Origin: an uncultured Verrucomicrobiae bacterium
Lineage (GTDB): Bacteria > Verrucomicrobiota > Verrucomicrobiia > Limisphaerales > UBA11358
Assembly: GCA_963789335.1 (NCBI GenBank)
Contig: CAWBKH010000002.1
Location: forward strand, 985,355-1,049,354
DNA: 64,000 nt
Direction: 5' to 3'
How positions within the stretch are numbered: the stretch's first letter is position 1; the number at the start of each line of letters is the position of its first letter. The notes beneath the pieces are model-generated. The model saw only the letters and a program-made list of their open reading frames with translations, did not search any database and had not been told where the DNA came from. This document shows, one piece after another, positions 19,499 through 29,418 of the stretch. Made by a program: the position numbers and the translations under genes.

Positions 19499-22084
19499 TT
19501 AGTTTGATCGTTGAGTCTTGATGGAAACACTGGCTGCTTCCAAGCCGTCTGACACGGCTTTAAGTTTAATAGTGCCGGTTTGTCCTGCCTTGGAGCGAAC
19601 GATGGCAAGGCAATGACCATTGAAGGCGTTGCGGACATGTGATGGAAACGAGGTCAAATCCGTCGGGTCGCCGTTGTCGGTGGCCACGATTTCGCCCGGG
19701 CCGGAAATTTCGAAATGAACCAGATTATCCGCCCGCGGCACCATCAAGTCATTCCTGTCTTCAACCGTCAATGTGACGAAGGATAGGTCTTTCCCATCCG
19801 CCCGGATTTTGTCGCGGTCGGCGTTCAAAGCGAGTTTTGCCGCCGGGCCAGTCGTTTGCACGACATCGGTCGCCCATTGCTTGCCGCCTTTGTAGGCGAC
19901 GACTTTGACTTTGCCCGGTTCGTATTTCACGTCATTCCAGCACAGGCGGTATTGGTATTCTCCTTTTTTCTTCAATCCAAGGGATTTGCCGTTGAGGAAC
20001 AGTTCGGCGGAGTCGCCGGAGGTATAGACAAACACCGGTGTGACCTGTCCCACGCGGTCCGGCCAGTTCCAACATTGAGGAACGATGTGCGCCATCGGCA
20101 AATCGGGCCGCCAGTGCGCCTGATATAGATAGAAACGGTCTTTCTTGAAACCAGCGAGGTCAACGATTCCGAAGTAAGAACTGCGGGAAGGGTCATTGTA
20201 AGCGTCGAATGGCGTCGGCTCGCCGAGATAGTCAAAGCCGGTCCAGACAAATTCGCCCGCGACGAACGGATTTTCATCCTGGCCTTTGAATTCGGTGTCG
20301 GGAATCGTCGCCCACGGCGGCGCGGAAAGGTCGTAGGAACTCATCTGGAAATCGCGTTTGCCATCGTTCTTGTTGGTGCTGACGGGATAAAAGTATTCGC
20401 CGCGCGAGCTGATGCAGGAGGCGGTTTCACTGCCGAAAATCGGCAAACCAGGATTCGCCGCATGCACCTTGGCATACAGGAAAGGTTTGTAGTTATAGCC
20501 GAAAACGTCGAGGTTTGTCTGAAAACCGTCGAAGCCGGATGCAATGTGGTCGCAGGCGGCAGTGGTTGGGCGCGTTGGGTCTTCCTCGTGGGCGATGCGG
20601 GTCAGTTCGGCCGCAATCCGCGGCCCGGCATGCGTTCCCTGGTCGGGCACTTCGTTGCCGATGCTCCAGAGAATGATGCTGGGATGATTGCGGTCGCGTT
20701 CCAATTCCGCCCGCCAGTCCTTCTCATGCCAGTCGTCGAACAGCAGATGATAATCGTTTGGCCGCTTCCCGCGCTCCCAGCAATCAAAGGATTCGTCCAT
20801 TACCAACATGCCCATCCGGTCGCACAAATCCAGCAACTCCGGCGCGGGGGGGTTGTGGCTGGTGCGGATAGCGTTGCAGCCCATCTCTTGAAGAATCTGA
20901 ATCTGACGCTGCAACGCGCGAACGTTGACCGCCGTGCCCAGCGCGCCCAGGTCGGCATGGTCGCAGACACCGTTAATTTTAACGTGTTCGCCATTTAAGA
21001 AGAAACCGTGGTCGGGATCGAACTTGATGGTGCGGATGCCGAAGGGCGTTTGATATTGGTCAACCAGTTTGCCGTCTCGTTCGATTGAAGTTACAACGAC
21101 ATACTCCTGCGGTTTCTTCAGGCTCCATAGTTGCGGATCTTTGATTTTAATTTGCGTTTCATTCGACTGGTTTCCATGGGCGGGCAACTTTACCCCATCC
21201 ACGGTGATTGAAGCCACGCTCCTGCCGGTGTCACCGTCTGTATTGAGTTCGTAAATCTCATTTTTCACGGACACGGTGGCGTCGGCATTCGCGTCGTTGT
21301 CCACGGTGACTTGGATTTTCACCGTGGCGGCGGAAGAAGTGACTTCCGGTGTGGTGACATAAGTGCCCCAGTGTCCCACATGCACCGGTCCGGTTTTCAT
21401 CAGCCAGACGTTGCGGTAAATGCCGCCGCCCGGATACCAGCGCGAGGAATCGGGTGGATTGTCGAGTCGGATGGCAAGGACGTTCTCGGCGCCGGCATTG
21501 ATATATGGCGTCAGGTCACGTTCCCATGAGGAATAACCGTAGGGCCAGCCACCGATGTAATGACCATTAAGCCAGACATTCGCGTAAGACATCGCGCCAT
21601 CCACGTCCAGGTAAATGCGGCGGCCTTGGTCGGAGGCGGGAACGACGAAGTGCTTGCGATACCAGCCGACGCCTTCCCAAGGCAGCTTGCCGGTTTCGCC
21701 GGGAGCTTCCTGATTAAACGGACCTTCGATAGCCCAGTCATGAGGAAGGTTCAACTGCTGCCAGCCGTCGTCGTTGCAGTCTGGTTGAACGTAGGAAACA
21801 TCGGCACCGAGGTTGCCGGATGGACGCGCCGTTGGTTTGCCGTCCTTGACAAACTCATTGCCGGTGGCCATCACCCAGGGTTTGATGTTCGTGTAACTCA
21901 GTTCGTCGCCGATGCCGGGCGGATCATTCTTTGTGAAACGCCAATCTGAATCAAACGACAGCCGTTCGCGCACGGGGACTGACGCTGAAACGGCGGCGGT
22001 CAACAGGTTCAAGGCAAATAGGACAGCGATAATCAGATTCCACCAGCCAATTTGAAATGATTTGAAAGACATGGTTGTTTTCAT
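19499..22084 (-). CDS. glycoside hydrolase family 2 (beta-galactosidase-like), secreted
   Basis: 861 aa. Signal/anchor, NAIRTSHNPPAPELLDLCDRMGMLVMDE, and WSIGNE (acid/base region). Confidence 0.85.
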   Translation of the reverse strand: MKTTMSFKSFQIGWWNLIIAVLFALNLLTAAVSASVPVRERLSFDSDWRFTKNDPPGIGDELSYTNIKPWVMATGNEFVKDGKPTARPSGNLGADVSYVQPDCNDDGWQQLNLPHDWAIEGPFNQEAPGETGKLPWEGVGWYRKHFVVPASDQGRRIYLDVDGAMSYANVWLNGHYIGGWPYGYSSWERDLTPYINAGAENVLAIRLDNPPDSSRWYPGGGIYRNVWLMKTGPVHVGHWGTYVTTPEVTSSAATVKIQVTVDNDANADATVSVKNEIYELNTDGDTGRSVASITVDGVKLPAHGNQSNETQIKIKDPQLWSLKKPQEYVVVTSIERDGKLVDQYQTPFGIRTIKFDPDHGFFLNGEHVKINGVCDHADLGALGTAVNVRALQRQIQILQEMGCNAIRTSHNPPAPELLDLCDRMGMLVMDESFDCWERGKRPNDYHLLFDDWHEKDWRAELERDRNHPSIILWSIGNEVPDQGTHAGPRIAAELTRIAHEEDPTRPTTAACDHIASGFDGFQTNLDVFGYNYKPFLYAKVHAANPGLPIFGSETASCISSRGEYFYPVSTNKNDGKRDFQMSSYDLSAPPWATIPDTEFKGQDENPFVAGEFVWTGFDYLGEPTPFDAYNDPSRSSYFGIVDLAGFKKDRFYLYQAHWRPDLPMAHIVPQCWNWPDRVGQVTPVFVYTSGDSAELFLNGKSLGLKKKGEYQYRLCWNDVKYEPGKVKVVAYKGGKQWATDVVQTTGPAAKLALNADRDKIRADGKDLSFVTLTVEDRNDLMVPRADNLVHFEISGPGEIVATDNGDPTDLTSFPSHVRNAFNGHCLAIVRSKAGQTGTIKLKAVSDGLEAASVSIKTQRSN

Positions 22085-22179
22085 AAGGATCGCGTTGACA
22101 GCCTTTTAATTACGAGGAAGGAGATTTCGTTTCAATACTTTACTGACTTCAATGGCAGCCGTTTAGCCGGACTTTGCAT

Positions 22180-22194
22180 AGCCTCACAAATGTA
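22180..22194 (-). promoter_or_regulatory. conserved 15-mer TACATTTGTGAGGCT (copy 1, oriented toward the GH2 gene)
   Basis: Exact 15/15 match with 27473-27487 and 29318-29332; about 95 nt upstream of the GH2 ATG. Confidence 0.6.
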
Positions 22195-22258
22195 TAGTTT
22201 TGATGCCTTGGCGAATTTCCTGATGCAACAATACATTTCGCAAGTGTAACATCGGCCC

Positions 22259-23560
22259 ATGCGCACAATTTTCCCTGTCTGGCGACGCGCGTGGACGCAT
22301 GCCGCCGTCTTTTCATTTCTGGCCGTTGGATGCGTGGGTTCCCTTCACGCCGCGTCCGAAACCAATTCACGACCATTCTATCTGGGCGCGGACATTTCCA
22401 CCCTCCTGCAGGTCGAGCAACGCGGCGGCATTTACATGGACGGCGACAAGCCCGGCGACGCGCTGGCCATTTTCATGAAGCACGGCTGGACTTGTTTCCG
22501 GTTGCGCATTTGGGTGGACCCCACCAATGGCGTGAACGGACTGGAATACACGATCAAGCTGGCCAAACGCATCAAGGACGTCGGCGGAACGTTCATGCTG
22601 GATTTCCATTATTCCGACTGGTGGGCCGATCCGCAAAAGCAGAACAAGCCCGCCGCCTGGGCCAATCTGGATTTTGACGCGCTGGTCCAGCGAATGCAAA
22701 CCTACACCGCCCACGTCATCAAAACGCTAAAGGACGCCGGTGCCACGCCGGATTTCGTTCAGATCGGCAACGAAATTACCGGCGGTATGTTGTGGCCCGA
22801 CGGCCAGGTGAAAGTTCCGCTTTCCACCGTCAAGGTGTTCCAAGGCGATGTAAAGGTAATCAAACCGCCTGAACCCTACAACGACGCCAAACAATGGAGC
22901 CATCTTATTCGTCTCATCAACGCGGGCATCGCCGGCGTTCGCTCGGTCACCACGCCCCGGGACCACGTTCGCATCATCATTCACATTGATTGCGGCGGCG
23001 ACTGGCCGGTCACCAAGTGGTACTTTGATCATCTTGCCAAAGCCGGGGTGGACTACGATATTATCGGCCAGAGCTATTATCCGAACTGGCACGGCAGCTT
23101 GCAGGATGTCCGCGACAATCTGCGAAACACAATTGAGCGTTACCATAAAGACGTGATGATCGTCGAGACCGCATATCCCTCACGGGATGTTCATCCCTCA
23201 CCGGCTGCGGCCAAGTACATGGTCTGGCCCATGACGCCAGCCGGACAAAGGCAATTTCTGTCTGACTTGATCAAAACGGTCAAGGCCGCGCCTGATGGCC
23301 GTGGGATTGGCGTCATCTACTGGCATCCGGAAGCAACCTATATTCCGGGAGCCACCGGCTGGTGGAGCCGGCCCGACGCGAATTCGCTTTTCAATGACCG
23401 CGGTTATCCGCTTCCGGCAATGAATGTGCTTGCCCCGTGGAGTAACGCGCCGAGTGCAGACGAGAGCCAGATGGGGAAATACTCCACGGGGCAAGGTCTT
23501 CAGCCCGAACCAAACTCCGGAATGGTCAATGCAAAAAATCCAGCCGAGTCTCATGATTGA
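22259..23560 (+). CDS. glycoside hydrolase family 53 (arabinogalactan endo-beta-1,4-galactanase)
   Basis: GADISTLLQVEQRGG, FRLRIWV, VQIGNEITGGMLWP and IGQSYYPNWHG are GH53 hallmarks. Confidence 0.85.
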   Translation: MRTIFPVWRRAWTHAAVFSFLAVGCVGSLHAASETNSRPFYLGADISTLLQVEQRGGIYMDGDKPGDALAIFMKHGWTCFRLRIWVDPTNGVNGLEYTIKLAKRIKDVGGTFMLDFHYSDWWADPQKQNKPAAWANLDFDALVQRMQTYTAHVIKTLKDAGATPDFVQIGNEITGGMLWPDGQVKVPLSTVKVFQGDVKVIKPPEPYNDAKQWSHLIRLINAGIAGVRSVTTPRDHVRIIIHIDCGGDWPVTKWYFDHLAKAGVDYDIIGQSYYPNWHGSLQDVRDNLRNTIERYHKDVMIVETAYPSRDVHPSPAAAKYMVWPMTPAGQRQFLSDLIKTVKAAPDGRGIGVIYWHPEATYIPGATGWWSRPDANSLFNDRGYPLPAMNVLAPWSNAPSADESQMGKYSTGQGLQPEPNSGMVNAKNPAESHD

Positions 23561-26500
23561 ATTCCTGCGGTCGTACCCACGGCGCTCGGGCGGAAGTTCC
23601 CCAAGCCGGTTGGGGTACGCCAAGAGCTTGAGTTGCTTGATGCTCTGGACTGGTTTGCTGGCGCTGGTTGCGCTTCCAGCGGCGGGCCAAACTCCGGTTG
23701 CATCGGTTCTTCAGCAGGTGACCAATGTTGTTCAGGTTTCCAGGCTCGCTTCTCAAAATCCAGACACCGCCTATTCAATCCATCTGGAGGGTAACATTTT
23801 GTGGGCAAATCCGGCGCGCGGAAAATTTGTTTTGCAGGACGCCTCTGGCACCGAGGAATTGGAGATGAATTTACATGGACAATCCGTGCAACCGGGTCAG
23901 CGGGTGCGACTGGATGGCGAGGGCACCATCGCGAGACGAGGAGCGGGTTTTCAGCTCGGCGTCATGGGGCCAGTAGTGGATGACGATGGCATCCATACGA
24001 TGATTGAAAAGTCCGGGTCTGTTTATTTGCGGGCCGGTCGGCATCCGTTTTGCGTGGACTGGTTTAATGGCCTCGAAAAATACGGGTTGGAGGTGGAGTA
24101 TCAGGGACCCAATCTACCCCGTCAAAAAATTCCCGATTCGGCGCTCTTCCGGGTCCAAACGAACGCCGCCGGCGCCACCAATTTTGTAAACGGATTGGAT
24201 TACGCCTGCTATGCAGTTACCGGCGAAGTTTTGTCTGACTTCAGTCTGTTGACGCCGCTTAAAACCGGGACCGTCTCCAATTTTGACCTCAGTGTCATGA
24301 CCCGCAACGATAACGTGGGACTGCAATTTACCGGCTTGCTTCAAGTGCCAAGTGAAGGCCTCTATACTTTTTATCTCAAATCAGACGATGGCAGTCAATT
24401 ATACATTGATGACCGGTCGCTCCAGTTGGAAGTAATCGGGCAGGTGGAACTCCCGAAAGCGCGCAAGATGATTATCGGGCAGATGCTGGACAAGAACTGT
24501 GATTATCAAAGCGTTGTGGTTGAAGGGAGGATAACGTTTGTGAGCCAACGAAAGGATGGCTGGGAACTGGAATTAGCTTCCGAAACCGGCCGCCTCCAAC
24601 TGGAGTTGGCCGATGGCACCGGCCTGTCGGCGGAACACCTGTTGAACAGCCTGGTCCGGGTGGTTGGGGTTTGTCAAAGCGCCTACGACGCCAATGGGGA
24701 GAAAGTTGGCGGCATCCTGTTGGTATCAAATAAACGCGCAATAACAATTCTCCAAGCAAACAGCCCGACAATCAAAAATCTGGATGCCAAGCAGGGAATG
24801 CTTCCGGTACTGACTACCGCCAGCGAAGTCCATCAGTTAACCCGGGAAGAGGCACAGCGTGGATATCCCGTCAAAATCCAAGGTGTGGTTACCTGTGTCC
24901 TGCCGGAACGCCAGGCCTTTACCATTCAAGATACCACCCGCGGGCTCTATGTGGTTGATTCCTCCGAGAGCCGATCCGTGCCGCCCAAAATCGGCGAGTA
25001 TTTGGAGGTCGAAGGCAAAACGGATCCGAGCCTGTTCGCTCCGATCGTTGACGCGGATCGTGTGAGAGAACTGGGTGTGGGGCGTTTGCCCCAGCCGGTG
25101 CATCCCGCCTGGGATCAACTGATGAATGGAAGCCTGGATGCCCAGTATGTCGAGTTGCAAGGCATTGTCACAACGGTCAGCACCAATAGTGCGACTCTGT
25201 TTACCGGGGACGGTCGAATCAAATTGGAGTTGCGGGTCATCGGGATGAAAACGGCGCAAATGGAACGTTTTGAGGACGCCGTCGTTCGCGTGCGGGGATG
25301 TTTGTTCGCGTCTTGGGATTATGTGACGCATCAGGTAAAAGTGGGTGAGATTCGGGTTTATGGTGCGGAAATATCGGTTGATCAACCCGCCCCGGCGGAT
25401 TTATTTTCACTTCCCCTGAAAACCGTTGCGGAATTGCTGCAGTTTAATCCGCAAGCCGGTGTGTTCCAGCGGGTTAAAGTCTCCGGACAAATTATTCATG
25501 CACAAGCCCCGGAATATTACATGATGGACGGTAAAAATGGTCTGCAATTTGTTCTAAAGAAGCCAGTTCCGGAACTGGAACCTGGCGACCTGGTGGAAGT
25601 TGTTGGTTTTCCAGGATTGAGCGGCGCTTCTCCCCTTTTGCACGAAGCGGTGGCGCGCAAGATCGGTCACGCTGCTTTGCCCGAAGCAAGAAAGTTGTCC
25701 CCTAACAATTTAATCCAGGAGGAGTATGACTCGACCCGCGTGAAGGTGGACGGGTTGCTGATGAGTGTGAGAGAAACACCGGTCGGCCAGGCGCTGGAGA
25801 TGCGGAACGGCGTCCGCACCTTTATGGCCCGACTGAACATGAAGGATTATTCGGCACACTCGCTCGCCCCGGGCAGTCGTTTGGAATTGGTTGGAGTCTA
25901 TCTTGGCGAAGGCGGAAACCGGGCCATCGGCCAAGACATCACTTCCTTCGAGCTGTTGCTTAATTCCCCTGCGGACATCACAGTGCTGGCGCGGCCCCCA
26001 TGGTGGACGCTCGAACGATTGCTGATCATCGTTGGAGTACTGGTGTGCGTGCTGGCCGCCGCCGCCCTGTGGATTACTCAACTGCATCGGCAGGTGGAAC
26101 AACGTACCACGGAACTTGGAGCGCAAATCCAGCAACGCCAGAACGTCGAGCACCAGCGGGCCATGGAACAGGAACGCGCCCGAATTGCCCAGGATCTGCA
26201 CGATGAACTCGGCTCGGGCATCACGGAAATCAGCATGCTGGCCGCCCGGGCGAAATTTGCGACCGCCCCCGACGAAAAACGAAACCGATATCTGGAACAG
26301 GCACGCGAGAAAGCGCGGGAGATGGTCACCGCCCTGGACGAAATTGTTTGGGCGATGAACCCGAGGCACGATTCCCTGGCATCATTGGTCAGTTATTTTT
26401 GTCTTTACGCGGATCGTTTCCTAGGTTTGGCCAATATTGGCTGGCGCCTGGAAGGTATGCCCGGAACATCCGATCCCATGGTGGATTCACGGCATCGGCA

Positions 26501-26774
26501 CCAATTATTTCTAGCTTTCAAGGAAGCGCTGACCAATGTGGTGCGTCACTCCGGCGCTTCTGAAGTGCGCTTCAGCATCCGGGTTGAACAGGAACAATTG
26601 CGGTTGACCATTGCCGACAATGGACATGGGTTCTCTTCGGAGGGCCACACCGAAGAAATGGACGGCGTGGTCAATATGCAGACGCGCATCGAGAAATTGG
26701 GCGGAAGATTTGAAATAACCAGTGAAACCGGGCATGGTACTACGGTTCGGTTTTACATGCCTTTAGATTCATGA
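23529..26774 (+). CDS. sensor histidine kinase (HisKA_3 type) with a large extracytoplasmic region containing a PA14-like domain
   Basis: C-terminal RIAQDLHDELGSG (H-box) and DNGHGF...GHGT (HATPase). One TM helix near aa 860. PA14-like segment GLEVEYQG...GLYTFYLKSDDGSQLYIDD. The start is uncertain (23529 or 23553). Confidence 0.8.
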   Translation: MQKIQPSLMIEFLRSYPRRSGGSSPSRLGYAKSLSCLMLWTGLLALVALPAAGQTPVASVLQQVTNVVQVSRLASQNPDTAYSIHLEGNILWANPARGKFVLQDASGTEELEMNLHGQSVQPGQRVRLDGEGTIARRGAGFQLGVMGPVVDDDGIHTMIEKSGSVYLRAGRHPFCVDWFNGLEKYGLEVEYQGPNLPRQKIPDSALFRVQTNAAGATNFVNGLDYACYAVTGEVLSDFSLLTPLKTGTVSNFDLSVMTRNDNVGLQFTGLLQVPSEGLYTFYLKSDDGSQLYIDDRSLQLEVIGQVELPKARKMIIGQMLDKNCDYQSVVVEGRITFVSQRKDGWELELASETGRLQLELADGTGLSAEHLLNSLVRVVGVCQSAYDANGEKVGGILLVSNKRAITILQANSPTIKNLDAKQGMLPVLTTASEVHQLTREEAQRGYPVKIQGVVTCVLPERQAFTIQDTTRGLYVVDSSESRSVPPKIGEYLEVEGKTDPSLFAPIVDADRVRELGVGRLPQPVHPAWDQLMNGSLDAQYVELQGIVTTVSTNSATLFTGDGRIKLELRVIGMKTAQMERFEDAVVRVRGCLFASWDYVTHQVKVGEIRVYGAEISVDQPAPADLFSLPLKTVAELLQFNPQAGVFQRVKVSGQIIHAQAPEYYMMDGKNGLQFVLKKPVPELEPGDLVEVVGFPGLSGASPLLHEAVARKIGHAALPEARKLSPNNLIQEEYDSTRVKVDGLLMSVRETPVGQALEMRNGVRTFMARLNMKDYSAHSLAPGSRLELVGVYLGEGGNRAIGQDITSFELLLNSPADITVLARPPWWTLERLLIIVGVLVCVLAAAALWITQLHRQVEQRTTELGAQIQQRQNVEHQRAMEQERARIAQDLHDELGSGITEISMLAARAKFATAPDEKRNRYLEQAREKAREMVTALDEIVWAMNPRHDSLASLVSYFCLYADRFLGLANIGWRLEGMPGTSDPMVDSRHRHQLFLAFKEALTNVVRHSGASEVRFSIRVEQEQLRLTIADNGHGFSSEGHTEEMDGVVNMQTRIEKLGGRFEITSETGHGTTVRFYMPLDS

Positions 26775-27406
26775 CCAAAATTGCCATTGTAGAAGACAAT
26801 CGGGTAATTCGTGAAAGCCTCATGGAATTCGTTCATGCCGACCCGGAATGTCGTTGTGTCTGTGCCTGTGCGACGGCGGAGGAGGCCTTGAAAGTAATTC
26901 CCAAACACGAGCCCGAAATCGTGTTGATGGATATTCAATTGCCCAATATGTCGGGCATTGACTGCATCGCTCAACTCAAACAGATACTGCCATCGGTCCA
27001 CATCATCATGGTAACCGTGTATGAAGACACCGAGCGGATATTCAAGGCCTTGCGCATGGGTGCCTGCGGTTATTTATTGAAACGTTGCGCGCCCGAGGAA
27101 CTTATTGCCGCAATCCGCGAGGTGCGGCAGGGCGGCGCGCCCATGTCGCGGGAGATCGCGCGCAAGGTTATCGCTTCATTTCAAGAACCGCTGACGACAG
27201 CCATGGAGGTGGAGGACCTCACGTCCCGCGAACGGGAGATTCTGGAATTGCTGGCCGACGGATTCCCCAACAAGGAAATTGCGGACCGCGTCGGACTGAC
27301 CGATGGCACGGTGCGCTGGCATCTTCGGCACGTTTACAACAAATTGCACGTCCGCTCCCGCACTGAAGCTGCGCTCAAATTCCGTTCCACCAAACAGGAT
27401 AAATAG
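26771..27406 (+). CDS. NarL/LuxR-family response regulator
   Basis: REC domain (VLMDIQLPNMSG) plus C-terminal LuxR HTH (LTSREREILELLADGFPNKEIA). ATGA overlap with the kinase. Confidence 0.9.
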   Translation: MTKIAIVEDNRVIRESLMEFVHADPECRCVCACATAEEALKVIPKHEPEIVLMDIQLPNMSGIDCIAQLKQILPSVHIIMVTVYEDTERIFKALRMGACGYLLKRCAPEELIAAIREVRQGGAPMSREIARKVIASFQEPLTTAMEVEDLTSREREILELLADGFPNKEIADRVGLTDGTVRWHLRHVYNKLHVRSRTEAALKFRSTKQDK

Positions 27407-27472
27407 GATAGTCGTTGAGCTAAAACAAGTTACACTATTTTGACTAGACTAAAGGCAGGCCTCGCAATACTC

Positions 27473-27487
27473 TACATTTGTGAGGCT
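27473..27487 (+). promoter_or_regulatory. conserved 15-mer TACATTTGTGAGGCT (copy 2)
   Basis: Exact repeat; 61 nt upstream of the PEP-CTERM gene ATG. Confidence 0.6.
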
Positions 27488-27548
27488 AGGCAATTTCAGG
27501 GGTTGGGGCATAATCAAAGCAATTAGCAAACCCGTAACTCAATAATCT

Positions 27549-28319
27549 ATGAAAGCTGTTTCTTATATTACTTCGGTAGTTGCCGCGTTAACATTGGCCA
27601 CGCTGCCCGCCAAAGCGCAAGTCACTTATACTGGCACCGGCACCGCGAACGGCGGCGGCGCGAATGGAGAAGGCATTAGCAGTGTGGTGATCAACAACAC
27701 CGCAAGTGATATCACTTTTACGATTAATTCGAGTGCGGCGCAGAGTGCATACGTTCAGTATTATGTGCTGATGCAGTATGTTGGTCAGGGGGCCAGTGGA
27801 AGTTCAGCACTTTTCAACTCGGCGGGGGCCTTAAACGGTTGGGGCCCCAGTCTTGGCATCAGTACTGGTGAAAACGCCTTCGCCGCCACTTGGAACACTG
27901 GTGCCAGTGCAGAAACATATAGCGGTGGTGTTTGGACGCAAAATGCATCAGTGAGCTATGATGCTGGCGGCACGGGAGATAATCTCCTCACGTTCACCGT
28001 ACCGTTAAGCAGCCTCGGGTTGAGTGTCGGCAGCCAGTTCTACTTCGACGTTGTATCATCGTATCCCAATGCTGAAGGGCAATCTGCTTATGGTTCATTG
28101 GACAGCACGAGTGGTTATCCCGCCGAAACAGATGGTCTTTATACACCTTGGAACGGGACCTCAGCTTATGACGCTGCTACGGATGCCGGTGGTACGACCT
28201 TCGGTACGGCGGCGAGCATGTACACCGTCGTACCCGAACCGGCCACGTACGCTTTGTTTGGATTGGGTGGTTTGCTCATGATCATGCGCCGCCGGGTACT
28301 CGCTACTCGCCAGTCTTGA
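27549..28319 (+). CDS. PEP-CTERM sorting-domain secreted protein
   Basis: Signal peptide, Gly/Ser/Thr/Ala-rich body, and C-terminal VPEPATYALFGLGGLLMIMRRR. Confidence 0.85.
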   Translation: MKAVSYITSVVAALTLATLPAKAQVTYTGTGTANGGGANGEGISSVVINNTASDITFTINSSAAQSAYVQYYVLMQYVGQGASGSSALFNSAGALNGWGPSLGISTGENAFAATWNTGASAETYSGGVWTQNASVSYDAGGTGDNLLTFTVPLSSLGLSVGSQFYFDVVSSYPNAEGQSAYGSLDSTSGYPAETDGLYTPWNGTSAYDAATDAGGTTFGTAASMYTVVPEPATYALFGLGGLLMIMRRRVLATRQS

Positions 28320-28339
28320 TCCAGGTCATTGTGAAAGAG

Positions 28340-28380
28340 AAAAGTGCTGCTTGTGGAAACGAGTGGCACTTTTGTTGTGT
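28340..28380 (+). terminator. probable terminator hairpin
   Basis: AAAAGTGCTGC / GAGTGGCACTTTT stem (11 bp including wobbles) with a 12-nt loop and a GTTGTGTTG tail. Confidence 0.5.
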
Positions 28381-28466
28381 TGTCGTGGGAGTCGGCTTTC
28401 CAGATCAAAATTCGACGCTTTCGTTAGCTCGGGTGACCAGCCTGTGCGTTGGAAAGATTCACCTGT

Positions 28467-29267
28467 ATGCCTCCAATATCGCAACAGATGTCCCGTAACC
28501 ACCAGCCCAAAGCGTTCCCGGCTTTCGCTCTGATTGAATTATTGGTGGTGATAGCCATTATTGCCGTCTTGGCAGCCTTGCTCCTGCCTGCGCTGTCGGC
28601 GGCCAAATTCCGCGCCAAGTGCATTAGTTGCACGTCGAACTACCGTCAGTGGGGCATTGTGGCCAACATGTATGCCGGCGACAACTCGAGTGGGATGCTG
28701 CCATCTTTCTCCCTGCCCGGCAACGTCAGCGGCCATAACGCGTGGGATGTATCCTTGGACATGGTTCCGGGGTTGGCGCCTTATGGTCTGACCATACCGA
28801 TGTGGTTTTGTCCGGTGCGGCCCAATGAGTATGATGCAGCCAATGCTCAATTCAGCCACTACTACAATCGCCCGATTTCCAATCTGACGGATCTGAATCG
28901 GGAATTGCAATTACGTAATGGCAATACCGGTAGCTTCGTGGTCTTATACCATGCCTGGTGGGTGCCGCGCGCGCTCGGCGATCCCCGGTTCCAGTTTCCT
29001 TCACCCGATTTGGCAGGCACGTACTGTCGCACCACCAATGGCTGGCCAAGCCGGGTGACAGATCGGATCACCAGCACACAACCGATCATCAGCGATTATT
29101 GTTACGCGTCGGGCTTTAATACGAATACGGCGGCAATGCTCGCGGGTCATTCCATTGGGAACAGGGTGGTCAACGTCAACCTGGCGTTCGCCGATGGCCA
29201 CGTGGAGACCCATCAGCGTTCCATCATCCAATGGCAGTACACCGGCGTGGACTCAGCCTTTTATTGA
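28467..29267 (+). CDS. pseudopilin-like protein (prepilin-type N-terminal cleavage/methylation domain)
   Basis: [29 protein letters not shown] and C-terminal [10 protein letters not shown], as in the H-X9-DG/DUF1559-like family. Confidence 0.8.
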   Translation: MPPISQQMSRNHQPKAFPAFALIELLVVIAIIAVLAALLLPALSAAKFRAKCISCTSNYRQWGIVANMYAGDNSSGMLPSFSLPGNVSGHNAWDVSLDMVPGLAPYGLTIPMWFCPVRPNEYDAANAQFSHYYNRPISNLTDLNRELQLRNGNTGSFVVLYHAWWVPRALGDPRFQFPSPDLAGTYCRTTNGWPSRVTDRITSTQPIISDYCYASGFNTNTAAMLAGHSIGNRVVNVNLAFADGHVETHQRSIIQWQYTGVDSAFY

Positions 29268-29317
29268 AGGAATGACAACGACAATCTGTCATCATAAGAA
29301 GCGACAAATAAGAACCA

Positions 29318-29332
29318 TACATTTGTGAGGCT
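29318..29332 (+). promoter_or_regulatory. conserved 15-mer TACATTTGTGAGGCT (copy 3)
   Basis: Exact repeat; 86 nt upstream of ATG 29419. Confidence 0.6.
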
Positions 29333-29418
29333 GGATAAATCCCCAAAATCGCTCATAGTTGTACACACCATCATAGAAAACGACAACCAAAGTGCGTTCG
29401 TACAAACCAATTCAACGT

